DNA of 63,299 bases, the filler included, from Folioceros fuciformis (Eukaryota): NCBI GenBank assembly GCA_049999805.1. It is 16 parts of 16 records of this genome, joined end to end, with 100 filler letters (N's around TTAATTAATTAA, not from the genome) between each part and the next. Parts side by side here need not be neighbours in the genome. Positions count along the whole stretch, not along the records: positions 33,117 to 45,759 come from JBNGIO010005510.1; positions 45,860 to 50,064 come from JBNGIO010005511.1; 14 more parts are not named here. The stretch is one strand, 5' to 3'. The notes beneath the pieces are model-generated. The model saw only the letters and a program-made list of their open reading frames with translations. It was not told the origin of the DNA and ran no database searches. This document shows, one piece after another, positions 34,085 to 47,814 of the stretch. Position 1 is the first letter of the stretch; each line of letters begins with the position of its first letter. Both the position numbers and the translations under genes were made by a program.

Positions 34085-36962
34085 CACTCACCTCGACATC
34101 ACCTCACAGCCGCCACTTCGACTCCGACTCCCCGCCCTGTCTGCCACCAACACACTCTCAGGTCCGTGTTTGTACATGCCAGGGACACGCTTTAGAGTCG
34201 GTTTGTAGCATACAGTCGTCCTCTCCATCTCTAGAGACTCCTGCTGCCCCGACTGTCTGCAAAACCGTGCTAATCATGTCATTGACTCTACTTCTCCATC
34301 CTTTCTTCGCCTTCCCTCAGTCTGCCCCTTTGCTTATATTCATGGGCGATCCTTCCGCATTTCTTCTTTGTGCCTTACCTTTGCTTTGCCCTTCCCTTCC
34401 CTTCTCTCTCGGCTTCCTTTCGCCGGGGAAGGGGGAGCCCTTGTTATATACGACTCACCTGCTAACGCTCGCCCGTCCGCCCTCCCGCCCGCAGCGTACG
34501 CGTCCTCAGAGTCTCTCCAATTCAGGTTTAATATTCCACCCATTGGTGCCAGAGTTCCCTTCTCCTTTTTTTGCGGTCCGAGCCATGGATGGGTTTTTCC
34601 GCAGCTCCAGCATGTTCCCCGGCCTCCCTCCAACAAGCAGGGAAGTCGGATGAACGGGCTGGTGCAACTTTTTTTGTCCCGGTCTCTCTCTTGTTCCAGC
34701 CAACGGACATGGTCGGTCCGGTAGCTGGAGCCCGCGGGTCAGATCAGGTCCTCCGCTTCATCTTGTCCATGGATGGACGTGTGTATGGATGGAGTGAGCG
34801 ATCAGGAGGCCTAGGATGGCAAGCGTAGGATTTAGCTGACAGGCTCCAACACGGAACTTGAGTTGAGGGCTCGCTGGCTGGCAGGAGTGGGCAGGCTGCA
34901 GAGCAGTCAGGGTAGGGGCGCAATGGTGATGCGCGTCTACAGTTTCTTGTGCTGCTGCCGCTGCTCCTGCCATGGCCGGGAGCTAGGACTGCCTCTGCGA
35001 GTCTCTGTGTTGGTGGCATTTGTAATTATATCACTAGAGTTGAAGGAAACGGTTCTCATTCGTACCGTGAGCGACTTCAACGTTGGTGACCCCTTACAAT
35101 TTGCAGAGTTCTCTCGTCTTCCATCATATATACTTCAATACTTTCATTCCTTGTGCTAGACAGGACATGGACCTGGCTCTTCCACCCTACCAAAATGTGA
35201 GCTTATCTACTTCGACGCCAACAGGACTTCCAAATTTTGTAAGCTTCTGGAAGAAGCCAAATGTGTTTGTTTTGCTCTACCAAGTTGGCTATTAAAGTAA
35301 TTTCTGTCTGTGAACATCACGTAAGCGCGGGCCTGCGGTTGCAGCGTCCAACTTGCAGTGCTTGCAGCGTCGATCGTGTCACGCCTTGGTCGCTGTAGCG
35401 AGCGAGGCAGTCTGCCTGCAGGCAGGGTCAGGGTGACGACGTATTCAGTTCATCCAGAAGTGTACGTACTAGGTACACAGATTGTAGAAGGCACACGGTG
35501 ACGCTGATGGCAGTGGCCGAGTGAAAATAACGTGGCTTGCGATGACCCGCACTGGGATCGGCACGGCAGCGTAAGTACATCCAGAGTACCGTAAGGCAGG
35601 CCCAGTGCCAGTCCCAGTCCCAGAGCGTCTCGGCCATGGGCTCCACCCTCGATCGTCATAGGCCGAGAGATGTATCCGTTTGACTAGTTTCCAGATTCGG
35701 ATTTGTCGCAACATAGGACTTGCGCACTGGGCCAGAGNNNNNNNNNNNNNNNNNNNNNNNNNNNNNNNNNNNNNNNNNNNNNNNNNNNNNNNNNNNNNNN
35801 NNNNNNNNNNNNNNNNNNNNNNNNNNNNNNNNNNNNNCAACATAGGACTTGCGCACTGGGCCAGAGAGGGGGTTGCCACAAGATGCCCACAAAAACTGTT
35901 TGAAAGAAAGAACAGGAGCGCTAGCTAGAGGCGTAGGCCGCCTGTAAATGACATTATTTGTAGGTGGCCACTGTAGCCAGCCCACACCCTCATTCTTTCC
36001 GACACACCTTCGACAGTTGTATTCCAACTGCTGGGGCCTCCCGGGGATGAGTTGCTTTCAGAAAAGCAAATCCGGGTCCCGGGTATCGGGTTCCGGCTGC
36101 CGGCTTCGGAATCGGAGGCGGAGGGGCAGGGGCAGGGGGAGCCGGAGACGGAGCCGGAACCACACCCCATTTTCCATATTTCATGCAAAGTGATGCAGAG
36201 AGTGGCAGCCACAGACTGGAAGAGAAAAAGAATCCGCGCTGCTCGGCATCCTGGCGATAAAGGGCTCGCCCCACTGGCTCCTCCCTTCCCGAAATGGATC
36301 TGATCCGTTCTGTGGGGCCGCCTCCTCTCTCCTTTCCCAGAGGCTCCTCTCCCTCGCCATCTCCCTCTCCCTCGGCCTCGCCCTTTGCCCCTCCGCCATA
36401 GGCCAGGGACCGGGCAAACCAGGCCCTAATCCGAGATTTGGCATTTATGGCCTCGCCTTTTAACATTATTATGATCTCTCTCCAAATAAGAGTCGGCTCT
36501 ACAGACAAGGAACTGGCGTCAGCAAGCCGATGTTAGCTTACGGACAGATTTGGTGATGGCTCGGGCGGGGTGTTGGAAGTCCCAACCGGAACCGGGACTG
36601 TACAAAGGCCAAGGCACTGGAGGCAGCCTTGGCAGCTGACACACACACGCTTAGCCAATGATTTGGAAGAGCTGATGACATACCAGCAAGACTGCATTGG
36701 CTCAAGCTGCTGCCCAAAACTCGCTGCCTGGCGGGTTTGCTATTTCCATCGTTGGATTAGAGAGCAAGGGCCCAAGGGCCCCAAGGCCAATAGTGTATGT
36801 ACAGGGTTTCTACAGTGGTTTGTGAGCGGGAGGCGGGAAAGGAAGCTTCTTGCTGTAACTTGCTTCCAAATCGCGCTTTATTTTGTCTGTGGCGGGAACA
36901 GGTTGACTCTCGTGGCTTCACGATCTCCTCGGATCCGCCAAACCTACCGCCGGCAGCATTGA

Positions 36963-37016
36963 CTGGCCCTGGCCCTGGCACTGGCACTGGCACTGGCACT
37001 GGCACTGGCACTGGCA
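36963..37016. repeat. (CTGGCC/CTGGCA)n hexamer microsatellite
   Basis: Directly visible, ~9 units. Confidence 0.9.
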
Positions 37017-40000
37017 GCCTTGTGTTTGCGCCATTGCTCTGTACAGCCTGTTGAAGGAGGGCTTTCTGTTGGGTGTGTCGATTTGTGTGTTGGGCTGTGT
37101 TGTGTGGGGGGAGCTGGAACTGGGAGAGATGAAGGAGCCCGACGGGCCTGCCCTGAAATAGCAAAGCATCCTTCTCGGCGGTTGCCAGCCTCTATTCTTG
37201 GCCCTGCCGGCCTGCATCCCCGAGCCAGCCCAGACAAAGACACCCACAGTGCCAGATTGGGCTTGCGTCAAGCGTGAGAGGGGCTTCACTCTCGAATGGG
37301 TAAAGTGTTGGTGCTGTCCTGAGAGAGTGACCCTCTAAGCGAGTTTCATCTTGCCATGCCTGTCAGCGCCTCCGAGAAAAAGGCACACCCAAGGGGTCCA
37401 TGGTCAGGGGAGGTCAGATCAGATCAGGGCTAGGACTACCTTCTCCTCCTTTTATTATGACATGCGTTGTGCTGGGGAATCCCTGCGAGAAAAGAGCAGG
37501 CCCCATCACAGGTTGAGAAAGAAAAAAAAGAAGGAGCAGGAGGAGGAGGTGGCGTAGGAGGAGGAAGCTCCGGAGGGTAAGGCTATGTTTCTCCATCGAG
37601 TATGTACATTATGTAGCAATGTACTGCCGGTTGCTGGAAATGGGGTAGCCCTGTTTAGTAGCTAGATGCCTCTCCGGAGAGTAAATGCACCGACTCAAAG
37701 TCAGCGGACGGCAATGAATGCTGCGGTCACGCGGGAGAGGAGTGACTGACGGCTTCTGTATCGGGGGATGACCGACCCCGCCTGCTACAGGTGCTGGTCA
37801 AGGGAACTTCAAACTTCAAATTCTATGAGCTCAAGTGCTTTAAATCCTGCTTATGCGCTGTCTGAGGGTTGACTCTGATCCCAGGGGGAGCCATGGCTGT
37901 GATAAAGCCTGATGCCCGGGCTTCCGGAGAAAAGAGAGCACGAGATCGTGTCAAGAGATTTGGTACGCGCCATGGCTCACCATCATTGGCACAGCATAGC
38001 CTCTGACAGGAACTGCTTTGGAGCAGCCTCCTTCTCTTTCCTTGCTGTAACAGCAGCTGGCAGACGCCGTAATCCACGAGTGAATTGTGACCATCGTTCC
38101 GTTTCTTCTGAAGGATGGCTGAAGTTTGTAATCTCCTGTTTTTAAAAAACTAGGCATTTATGTGTGGTGGGTTGTGGTGGGGATTTTGTAGGGAGGAGAG
38201 AGGGATAGAGGTCCAAGGTGGTGTCTGTCTGCAGCTTGGCTCTCTGCAGTCCCCTTGTGCTCTCTCTCCACTGCATCAGATTCCTGCTTACCTAGAATAA
38301 TAATTTGGCAGGGGCAAGCTGCGCAGGAGGGCAAGCAAAGATGGTATGCAGGTGATAAACGCTCCTGGAGTGTTCATGCCTTCCATGTTGCAGCAGCAGC
38401 GGTAGGTAGCAGGCTACGGAATGCATATAATAATCGCAACTTGCCAGCTCCCCGCAAGTTGCAGGCCAGGCATTAGGTCAGCTGCCATTTGGACGTGGCA
38501 TCCATGTCCCATGACATATTGACATACATCTATCGGCACATGAGTGGCGAGGCCCAGGGTACAGGCAACTGTGCAACAGGAATCCCAGAACATGGTTGGT
38601 CGATGCTATCGCCTCCCACAGGCTCCACTCATGCCACCGCAAACACATCGTACAGTACAACAGCAACTGGACACACGAAAACGACTGCACCCCGGGTACG
38701 GGAAACCCAGCAGGTCTTACAACAGCAAATGGACACCCCCCAAAAAAAAAAGGAAAAAGTGGCATGAGGTACAAGACACACAAACACAGCGCAGCGCAGA
38801 GCCCACAGAGCCACAGACCTGCCAAGCAAGAGCCAAGACAAGGCAAATTCACCATGCCACGCCTGCCACAACAGTCTGTGAAGCTCAGCTTTTGCAGCTT
38901 TGCGAAGGCGAGGGTGCAATCATCCATGTGGGAGAGCGGCAGCACATTGCCACATACGACCCAGCCAATGCAAGACTGTGTGATTCGTGAAGGACAGACA
39001 CTGGACCGTCACAGCGTCATCAGCACAGCTCCAGCTGCTGCTGCACGCTTCCTGGACTTGTCTGTTAGGTAACGAAAACAGAGACCACCGTAGAGCCCAC
39101 ACTCGAGAGCTAGCCTCCCTGCAAAACGGAGAGGAGGAAGGAGTTTGCAAGTCCTGGTGAATCATGAGTACATATGCCGGATGCGAAAGCCTGTCCGGGC
39201 CTACACCCCCATTAATGTTTGACCTAGGCTGTGCAGGAGCGGCAGCAGCGCCATTTGCTCCGCTTTCCCGGCCAGCCACATTACTGGCCTCCCCTGATGC
39301 CCCGCCTTAGAATAAGGCCAACTTCAGACACACCCCTCTTTCCGGCTTCCTCTCTGCTCTTCTCGCGCCTGCTGCCCCTGCCTCCGCCTCTGCATCTTCC
39401 CCTCCCCCCCTCCCCACCCTCCTCCCTGCCCCAAGTCAACTCCCCGCCATCCCCTCCCTGAGGCGCCTTCCTTCCCTCCTTCCATCCAGGCTCAACTGCC
39501 CCCCTCCACTAGCGTGAGGGCAAGAATATCACGCCATGGCCCTCCACCCCACGATTCTGTGTGGATAACACTAACGCAAGGTGGAAGCGATGGCCTGCGG
39601 CACACGTCATCCCCGCACATCGTGTGCTCACGGATTCACATCCATACCCATGCTGAGAATCCACCCTCACTATCACTGTTTGCCCACCCAGAGAAGAAGA
39701 AAGCGTGCAAAAGCAAAACAAAGGCATGCGAGACAAGACATTCCCTGGCACCTCCGAGTCCAGTTACAGTTACAGTGGCAGCACCCCCCAGCCCCACCGT
39801 GCGCGTGAAGGGGCCGGGGCCACCGCCATTGCCAAATCGAGGAAGAGCCAAGAGGTGGCCAGATTCGTGCAAAAGCTGCCGGAGGCCTGGAGCAGGCAGG
39901 CAGGCCAAGAAAGCCAAAAAAGAAATGGGCAGTCCGGAACCCAGTGTCGGCAACTGGGACTGTTCCGTCCCGTTGTCTGCAACTGGCGACTGGGACTGGC

Positions 40001-43000
40001 AGCTCGTTCCTCGCGAGGCCCTTTCAGCGCCTCCTCGGGGAGCGTGCCGACCTTGGGCCTCGGGCATCGCCACCGCCGCTACGTCTCGCTTTCTGTCGGC
40101 CATGCCCATCCGCTTCCCGGCCTTCCCCCCTCACTACACCATGCTTATATGCCGCTCCACAACCTTTCATGCCCATCATACAATGCACATACATATGTAC
40201 CATGTACATTCACACACATACACACACAACATAGACACTCCCTCGTACACTGGGTTATTATGTAACTGGTACAGCCCCAATCATGCCCAAACTGCTGCGT
40301 AGTGCCTACTAAATGTGAGACTCGTACGGGTTTTGGGTTCTTGCCTCCTCTCTTCTTTATGGAAAGTATAAAAACCTCAAGACTTTGGTATGCAGCTGTC
40401 TCCCAAGCAAATCACATTACAGCTTTCTCTCTTTCTTCAGCTCTGCCTTAGGAGCAAGACAAGGCGCTGCCAGCTTCATAGGAGCCATAATGAGCAACAA
40501 ACAACAAAAGCATAGATACAGCCCTGACTCGTCCGAATTTTTTTCCGAGGATGATGCTCCCCAGTCTCCTCAAGGTATGTGTGCACTCTCATTTTACCCA
40601 ACAGTAATCATCTTGCCGACTTACAATACTGTTTGTGTTTCCTATATCATATAGGTAGAATATGTTATCCAAGTTCGAGAATTTGTGATTGGTGACTTCC
40701 AAACCATGGGTCTTGTACTCACATACAGATGAGAACCCTGAGAATGGAGAAACAAATGTGTGGAAGAACTTGAAGGAGATTTTTGAAGATCTCGACTCAC
40801 ATAATGACAAGTACCTATTGTTCTCCATGTGATAGTTTGCCTTCTACCTGTGCTCTATGTCGTATTTGCAGTACACCAACAGAAACGTTGTGACTTGCAG
40901 AGGTCAAAACAAACTCTTATTGGAGAAGCAAATCTTACAGCTACGACGTTTGCTACAAATTCACAATGAACTTTGTATCCTTGAATATCTACTGTGCTCT
41001 AGTCTAGTCTACCCTTGTCGTTTAGTGTAAGAAGAATCAAGAACATGAATTGCATTGTTGGCTTGTTATGGTAAGGAATGCTGTTCTTAAGAGAATACAG
41101 TACTAGAAGAAGATGCCATAGAAAAAGCACATATTGGTGTGCTTTTTGAACGAGAATGGTATCTGCGTAAGTTGCAAGCTTTGGAGGTGATCACTCATGC
41201 CTTCAAGATCATTCTCGATCATTGACCATTGATTCTATGCTGCAACATTTGGAGACCATCACTCACTTCTTTGTATTTCTTCCTTTAAGATCAATCTTGA
41301 TCATAAATTGATCAATCTTGATCGTATGTATCTTGTACAGGTAACCATTGGTCCTCCTCCATCTCCTCAAAAAAAACAAAGTGGAGGTGGGAAAAATAAG
41401 TTAGCCACTTTAGCCTTCAATGAAGCTATAAGAGCAATTTTATATGAGCCTCATGAGAGCATAAAGTCAAGATGACATTCTTCATAAAAAAATTTTAGAA
41501 AAAGATCCTCATTATGTAGAACCCATTGCTTATATGAATGTTAAACATAGCCTCTTATATCACTTTTCTCATTATCTTTGAAATTTAGTATCCCATAGTA
41601 CGTAGTATCATTTTCTATTTATTGACTAGAATAGAAAAAATGTTGAAACTTGAAACATGCTCCAACATTTTGGATCATAAAAATATCTTTTATCTATAGC
41701 TAATATACCACAAAATAAATGTATAGTGTCATATGGTCTCCACTAATAGAGAAAGCTACATTGCTTCATAATGATTGAATGGCTATTTCCAAAAATATGA
41801 ATATTTATGCTAATTGTTTTGAAATATAATGATAAATTCTGTGGAGATTATAAAAAAATAAGCCTAAACTTCTTTGAAAATAAATCGTAAGTGCTATATT
41901 GATAAAAGTGCTATATTCCACATAGTTCTTCCTCTTTTATGGGCACCTTAATGTACATACAACCTTAAAGTAGATGGTTTCTAAGAATATATGTTTTAGG
42001 TTAGGACTTAGATTTTTCTAGTTGAAGTACTTGTCTTGTGATTTTGTAGCCCCACAAAGCTTTTCATAACAAGCACCTAAGGCCTTTTAACCACAAAAGC
42101 TAATTAATTTTTTTTAATGTACAAGAAAAAGTGATAAACTTCATTAACATTACATGAGGGAGTTAGCACATAGGAGGATATATGCTTGCATTCCCTCCCA
42201 AGCTTTTACTTTTGGATCTAAGGCCATTTGGATCTATTTATAGATGCCTGTCACTCCTCAAGTTTGGATGGGAGTGTTTTCCTTTTTGATCAAAGGTACT
42301 TCATAACCTTTTTATTCTACTGAAAGGCAGACTGTGCCGTCATTAAATATTTACGCCGCTTATGCAGGTTACCTCCTCAAGAGAGAAACAGCCAAGAAAT
42401 TTTTTCTTAGGTACAGGAAAAGGTGTCGAGTTTTATTAAACATTACACAAGGGCCTCGGAAGGGGCGCCAAAGGTTTAGAATGTACAATAATTTGGCAGG
42501 CGGCCCCTTTTGGGCTGAGTGGATGGCATAGATCGATTGCGTGCGCCGTGGGCCGTGGCGTCTCCGAATGTGATGCGCATGGCGCATGCGGCCCAATTGG
42601 GGCTGCCAGTGCCCAGTGCGCAGTGCTCTGGTCCGCAGCTCCGCGGGGCAGCGTCCGCTTGAATCATTTTCAATCCTTCCTTCCGACTTTATCCACTGAC
42701 GTCCCATAGACGGCAAAGTCACNNNNNNNNNNNNNNNNNNNNNNNNNNNNNNNNNNNNNNNNNNNNNNNNNNNNNNNNNNNNNNNNNNNNNNNNNNNNNN
42801 NNNNNNNNNNNNNNNNNNNNNNGGACGGGACCGGGCGATAATCAGCTTCCCGCGTCAGACTCTCTGACGATGATTTGCGCCTGCTGCAAGTCACAGCCTC
42901 CGATTCCCCACATCCCGGCAGATGTATCTTCCCACAGGCTCTAATCACCCAGTAATAACGCACGCAATCAATCCGGCTTACGTCGTCTAGATATCTCGTG

Positions 43001-44124
43001 GAAACCGGCTACGAAGATGCGACGCTGCTGCTTTGCATTTTTCTTTGGGACGATATCCACGTGAAGCCAGGAGTCTAGGTCTAGAAGGTGTGCTGTTGCA
43101 ACAGAACGTGGTGCCCAGAGGGCTGGCCCTGATGCTCTCCCAAGCCGCTCGGTCGACTTTTGCCGTCCAGGCAGCTACTTGCAAAGGTTACGGGGGTCCT
43201 ACAGGCCTGCTGCAGGTTTTGCACCTTCACCAGCAGGAAGCTATCTCTATCCCAGAGAAGCCGCAGGAAGTCGGGCCATGAACGTATCTAGATGTGTACT
43301 GCATGTATCTCGACACAAGGTGTCATACATAGTTTCCCAGCTTCGTCCATTACTCTTCAAGCTCCGGATCCAGCGTTGACGGGATGCAGCCATTTCCAGG
43401 CCGCAATACACCCGTACCGTACACACCTAGATGGGCTTGCATCTAAGCATACAGTACCCACGGACTCCTCTACTCGTATGGAATAATGGCATTCAATTTT
43501 GTCTGAGTCAGTGTCGTTCGCCAGTGCGTTGCAACTGGACTTCTTTCCAAGCAACTTCTATCCAGCTTTCCAGCGTGGCATCTTGCACAAGAGTTCCTGA
43601 TCAAGCGATGCTTCCAGCTTTTGCGACACCCAGATGGATAATCACATCGCCAATCGTGTTTAGCAGACAAGGTATGGCCTCACGGAAGCGGGGACGAGAT
43701 CTCCCATCTTGATGACACTGTCCACATAGCTTCAACAACTGATTGAATTTCAAGAGCCCGGATCAACCTGCTGCTGCATGATGGGATTCTGTCCAGCCTT
43801 ACATCACGAACTGCATAGGTAGCGTCTTCACGTTCAGAAGCTCGAGTCACACCTCTTCGTAAAATGCCTACCAGAATACTTGGCATACCTCGCATGACGG
43901 CGCGTATCCCGCATAGTGGGCATGCAAGTGACGCCTCTCAGCAGGGGAAGGCCACCCGCAGCGACCGGCAAGGTGATTCTCCTGAAGCTGGAATGCGCAG
44001 GCAGAATCCTTTCCTCTCCACTCGTCCCTCCGACAATGATGACCTCTGCTCACCAAACCCTCCGTGGAAAGCTTCTCCCCAACTTGCAGGTTGTTCCGAG
44101 TTTCGTTAGCCCTAACCCCGTTGA

Positions 44125-45290
44125 CAATTATATGCGCTAAGCTTGAGCCTAAGGTTGCCAGCGTACTTATGAAGTGAGTGTGGGCCTAGCTTTAGTCTCG
44201 TGTAGGCTATATTCGATGTCTGTCGGGCAGCTCGCTGACAGTTTGTTTTGCTGTTGTGGCCTGTTTTTGGTAGGATATTGAATGCTAAAGCTCCGCTGCT
44301 CAGCTTGGGTCACGTGTAGCGAGAAGGAAGGAGGTGTGTGGAAGGCATTCTCTTGAGGTCTTCATGCCTACTTTAATTTGTGACGTTTGCACTGTGTTTG
44401 CTTTCACTGGACGCTTTAGTTTCCTGGTTTGGCATCAATGTCGTTAAGGCTGGCTTGCAGGTGGGATGGATCTGTGCATTATTTTCTCTTTTGCAGGTGG
44501 GATTGATCTGTGCATTATTTTCTCTTTTGCAGGTGGGATGGACCTGTGCATTATACTCTGTCTTGCAGGTGAGATGGAGCTGTGCATTATATACTCTATC
44601 TTGCAGGGGATCAGAATCTAGACATGTGTTTGGCCGAGAGGTATTGCAAGTGGTGAAGGGCCATGGATTGCAACCTTCTTCGCAGATTTCCTTAGCGAGT
44701 CTGGTTGTAAATGGCTGCTCTGTTGTCTTCTCTGAACAAATTGAGCTCAACATCTTGGAACCTTGTCCATGAAAAATATGTTCCAGAGCGGGAAGCCACC
44801 ACTAAATAAGTGGGAAATGCAAAATAAAATTTGGCCGACATCTTTTCATCGGAACCCGTGGTTGGTGTACTTCAGCTGCCCACATCAAATTCAGTGTGTT
44901 TGAACGGTGGTTGGACTTAGTTATCGTTGGAGACGAAAGCAGGTTGCCGAGCGCCCGTTTTGGCGCCCGTTTTGGACTGAAGGAAAATGGCGAGCTTCAG
45001 GAGATTTACAAGTTCATGAGACTAGCCACCAAAGCAGGCCTGCCTTGGTCTAAGGAATGGCCAGGTGCAGAGTCACAGTAGCTGCCTGCAGTTTATGAAT
45101 TACGCTTTCAGCTGTTAGAAAACGTTAGAACCCGGAGAGGGGTCCTCGGTCAAATGGTGGGCTCGTCTGACTCGTTGCTTCTGCTGTTATAGCCCGCAAA
45201 TGGTGTCGTGATTGTGGATCCACAGTGTGATCGGATAATCGCTGCTGGCCATCATGAGACAAGTCCCTGCTTAGGCTTAGGGCCCCCCTT
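44125..45290 (+). pseudogene. TAD3: tRNA adenosine deaminase subunit TAD3/ADAT3 pseudogene (N-terminal half)
   Basis: Pieces in order: ICAKLEPKVASVLMK|ILNAKAPLLSLGHV*R (TAG 44317-44319), GEMELCIILYLA, WEMQNKIWPTSFH (frameshift just upstream), EIYKFMRLA, NGVVIVDP..RIIA. Confidence 0.8.
44455..44608 (+). repeat. 39-bp tandem repeat x4 at a TAD3 splice acceptor
   Basis: TTGCAGGTG(G/A)GAT...TGTGCATTAT..TCT.T units. Confidence 0.9.
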
Positions 45291-45859
45291 CAGCGAAATC
45301 TTATGTGGAGATGGAAGCTCTGCGGTCTTAGCGACCAAGGATTCAGGAGCCACCAGCAGTCAATTGTACGAGACTTCAGGCACTCCACAAGGAGTATTTT
45401 CTCAACATCAACCCAAATCCACATATCAACGCTCCCAACCTCAACCCAAATGCAAATGACAGCGCAATCAACAAGCAGTATAGAAAGTTGGTCATTCAAA
45501 ATACATCGAGAGAAGGATAACCCAATGTATGTCCCCTTAAACATAAGGGACACTAAATATGTCTCATTATTATCTTAGTTTTCATAAGCCGAATGTATGT
45601 CGTATCTACTGCTCTTTCCTGCAATCTTTGCCCAAGAATTGCACGCGGTTGCTTGCCATGTTCTTAGTTGGGCTTGATACGTATGTGCAACCCGCTTCTT
45701 CAAGTTTCTTGTTGCTTGCTTTGGTCAAGCATGCTTAGAAGTCTTCGAACTTCTAGAGTNNNNNNNNNNNNNNNNNNNNNNNNNNNNNNNNNNNNNNNNN
45801 NNNTTAATTAATTAANNNNNNNNNNNNNNNNNNNNNNNNNNNNNNNNNNNNNNNNNNNN

Positions 45860-46151
45860 TGCAGATCTGAGAGGTTAGAGTCGTTGTAGTGACTGGAGTG
45901 AGTTTGTGGGCACCGAGATAGGTGCAGCTGACCGCCGGACAGCGAGGCTTGTCCTACGCCCGATCGGAGCTGGAGGGGAGCCCTCGAATCCATCATCGAG
46001 TTGATCAAGTCCGACCCTCCATCCACAGCAGCAAGGAACCCCATCGCTCCTTCGTGGGAACGAAACCCAATGTCTCAACGACAGTGCGATAAGTGTGGCC
46101 ACTAAAGGTGGAACCCGTCGGCAATCAGTGCCCGGGGTTTTGCCTCCAACA
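45860..46151. repeat. 'TGTGGAGGCAAAACC' LTR family, opposite orientation
   Basis: Reverse complement of ~47277-47567; ends ...GCCTCCAACA and is followed at 46160 by TGGCGAGCC, a possible tRNA-Arg-type PBS. Confidence 0.8.
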
Positions 46152-46989
46152 GGCAACAGTGGCGAGCCCGTGGATCACGGACGTTGGCCACCTTAGGCAA
46201 TCCCTGCAGACCACCAAGACCGCATCGGCCTGTGGATTCTGGCCCCTCTTCTAGGGGAGACACCCCTAGAGATTCCTACAATGAATTTGTTTCCAGCCGA
46301 TTGGACGCAACTCTCAAGGAAATACTTACCACGGTTGATTCTCTCCACACGAGACTTCTTGTCAACAACATGCAAACTTTGGCAAGCTTTGATGTTCTCA
46401 ACGAGAAATTGACATCCAAGATCAAGGAAATCACTGATTACCTGCGAAGATTGGAGATTGCTGCTCCCAACATCCAGCAGGCTACAGTTTTTCCCGATCA
46501 TCCACCTTCCACTGCCTTAGAGCCTTGAGGCGCGAAGTGTCGCGTTTGCTTTCGCGACTCTTCGATATGCACCGACACCTGGCAGAGTGGCGTGTTTCTC
46601 AATCTGCATCACCAGTTTGAGGTCAGAGACGTCGGGCCTCGTCAGGTAAAGCATTGCTTGTCGGTTGGTGGTGTCCCATGCCAACTGACAACCCTCACTG
46701 TCCTTCACTAACAGATTGTAGTGCCGGGGACAAATTTGTCGAGCCACATACAAAGAACCCGTCAATCTCTTATTGCCTGGTCCTCCCTGTGTGCCCGGAC
46801 AGGCCCCTCCCCTGCGTTAGATCTTGTTAGCTCACAGCAAAAGACGTAAGGCAGCAGACTTCATACCTCTTGCCCTTCTCAAGGTCATAACCTTCAAGAG
46901 GGGGCTCTTGCGTATGTCAGATAGCTCTACGTCCTCACAAGGTAGTGGTGACATAGCGCATCTTAGCTATTCGGACACATATCACATTG

Positions 46990-47276
46990 ATCCCCAAGAC
47001 CCCATTGAAGATCAACTTGTAGAGCAGTTACAGGCACTTACCCTAGTATCAAAGATGGGCACTGTGCCACCACCACCGCCTCCATTACCTCCCCCACCTC
47101 TGGTTTGGCAACGATCTGCACCCGTCCCCACTTTCACCTCAGACATGAAAGAGAAAGATCGATTTAATGGCACCAAGTATCTAGTTTGGAAGGTGCGCAT
47201 GCGATCTGCCCTTGAAGCTCGAGGAGTGCGGGGAGTTGTGGACCAATCAGTTCCAAAATTGGACCCAAACAGCACG
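46990..47276 (+). mobile_element. Copia gag N-terminus, interrupted by an LTR insertion
   Basis: KEKDRFNGTKYLVWKVRMRSALEARG, homologous to the gag starts at ~21630 and ~49690. Confidence 0.8.
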
Positions 47277-47814
47277 TGTGGAGGCAAAACCCCAGGCACT
47301 GATTGCCGACGGGTTCCACCTTTAGTGGCCACACTTATCCCACTGTCGTTGAGACATTGGGTTCCATTCCCACGAAGGAGCGATGGGGTTCCTTGCTGCT
47401 GTGGATGGAGGGTCGGACTCAATCGACTCGATGAGGGATTCGAGGGCTCCCCTCCAGCTCTGATCAGGCGTAGGACATGCCTCGTTGTCCAGCGGTCAGC
47501 TGCACCTCTCTCGGTGCCCACAAACTCACTCCAGTCACTACAACGACCCTAACCTCTCAGATCTGCGACTTCCCTCACTCACTTCACTCACTCTCTCACT
47601 CCAGCACCAACACCAGCAACTAACAACGACACCACTGCCTTCTACACTTCCCTATTGACTCCTCCTAGCCGGCAAGAGTCACTAGACTAACCCCAAAGAA
47701 AAGAAAGAAGGGGACACACTCCCCTCTCAGATATCTCCTCCCCACAACCTTACCAGACGCCATGAAACATGACCGGCCTACAGCACTTGTCCAAACAGGG
47801 AACAAGAGTGGACA
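47277..47814. repeat. 'TGTGGAGGCAAAACC' LTR family copy, truncated by a further insertion
   Basis: Homology to the reverse complement of 55550-55960 stops at 47814. Confidence 0.85.

Noticed and set aside
34200-40302. Many overlapping ORFs up to 262 aa
   Set aside because: Low-complexity GC-rich DNA with no recognisable domains; open in several frames on both strands.
44971-44990. TTGGACTGAAGG, resembling the miR319 5' end
   Set aside because: Only 12 nt match, lies in TAD3-like coding sequence, and no precursor hairpin is evident.
46824-47552. 242-aa ORF as a novel gene
   Set aside because: Chance fusion of a copia gag start with LTR sequence; the tail recurs in ORF 45875-46156.
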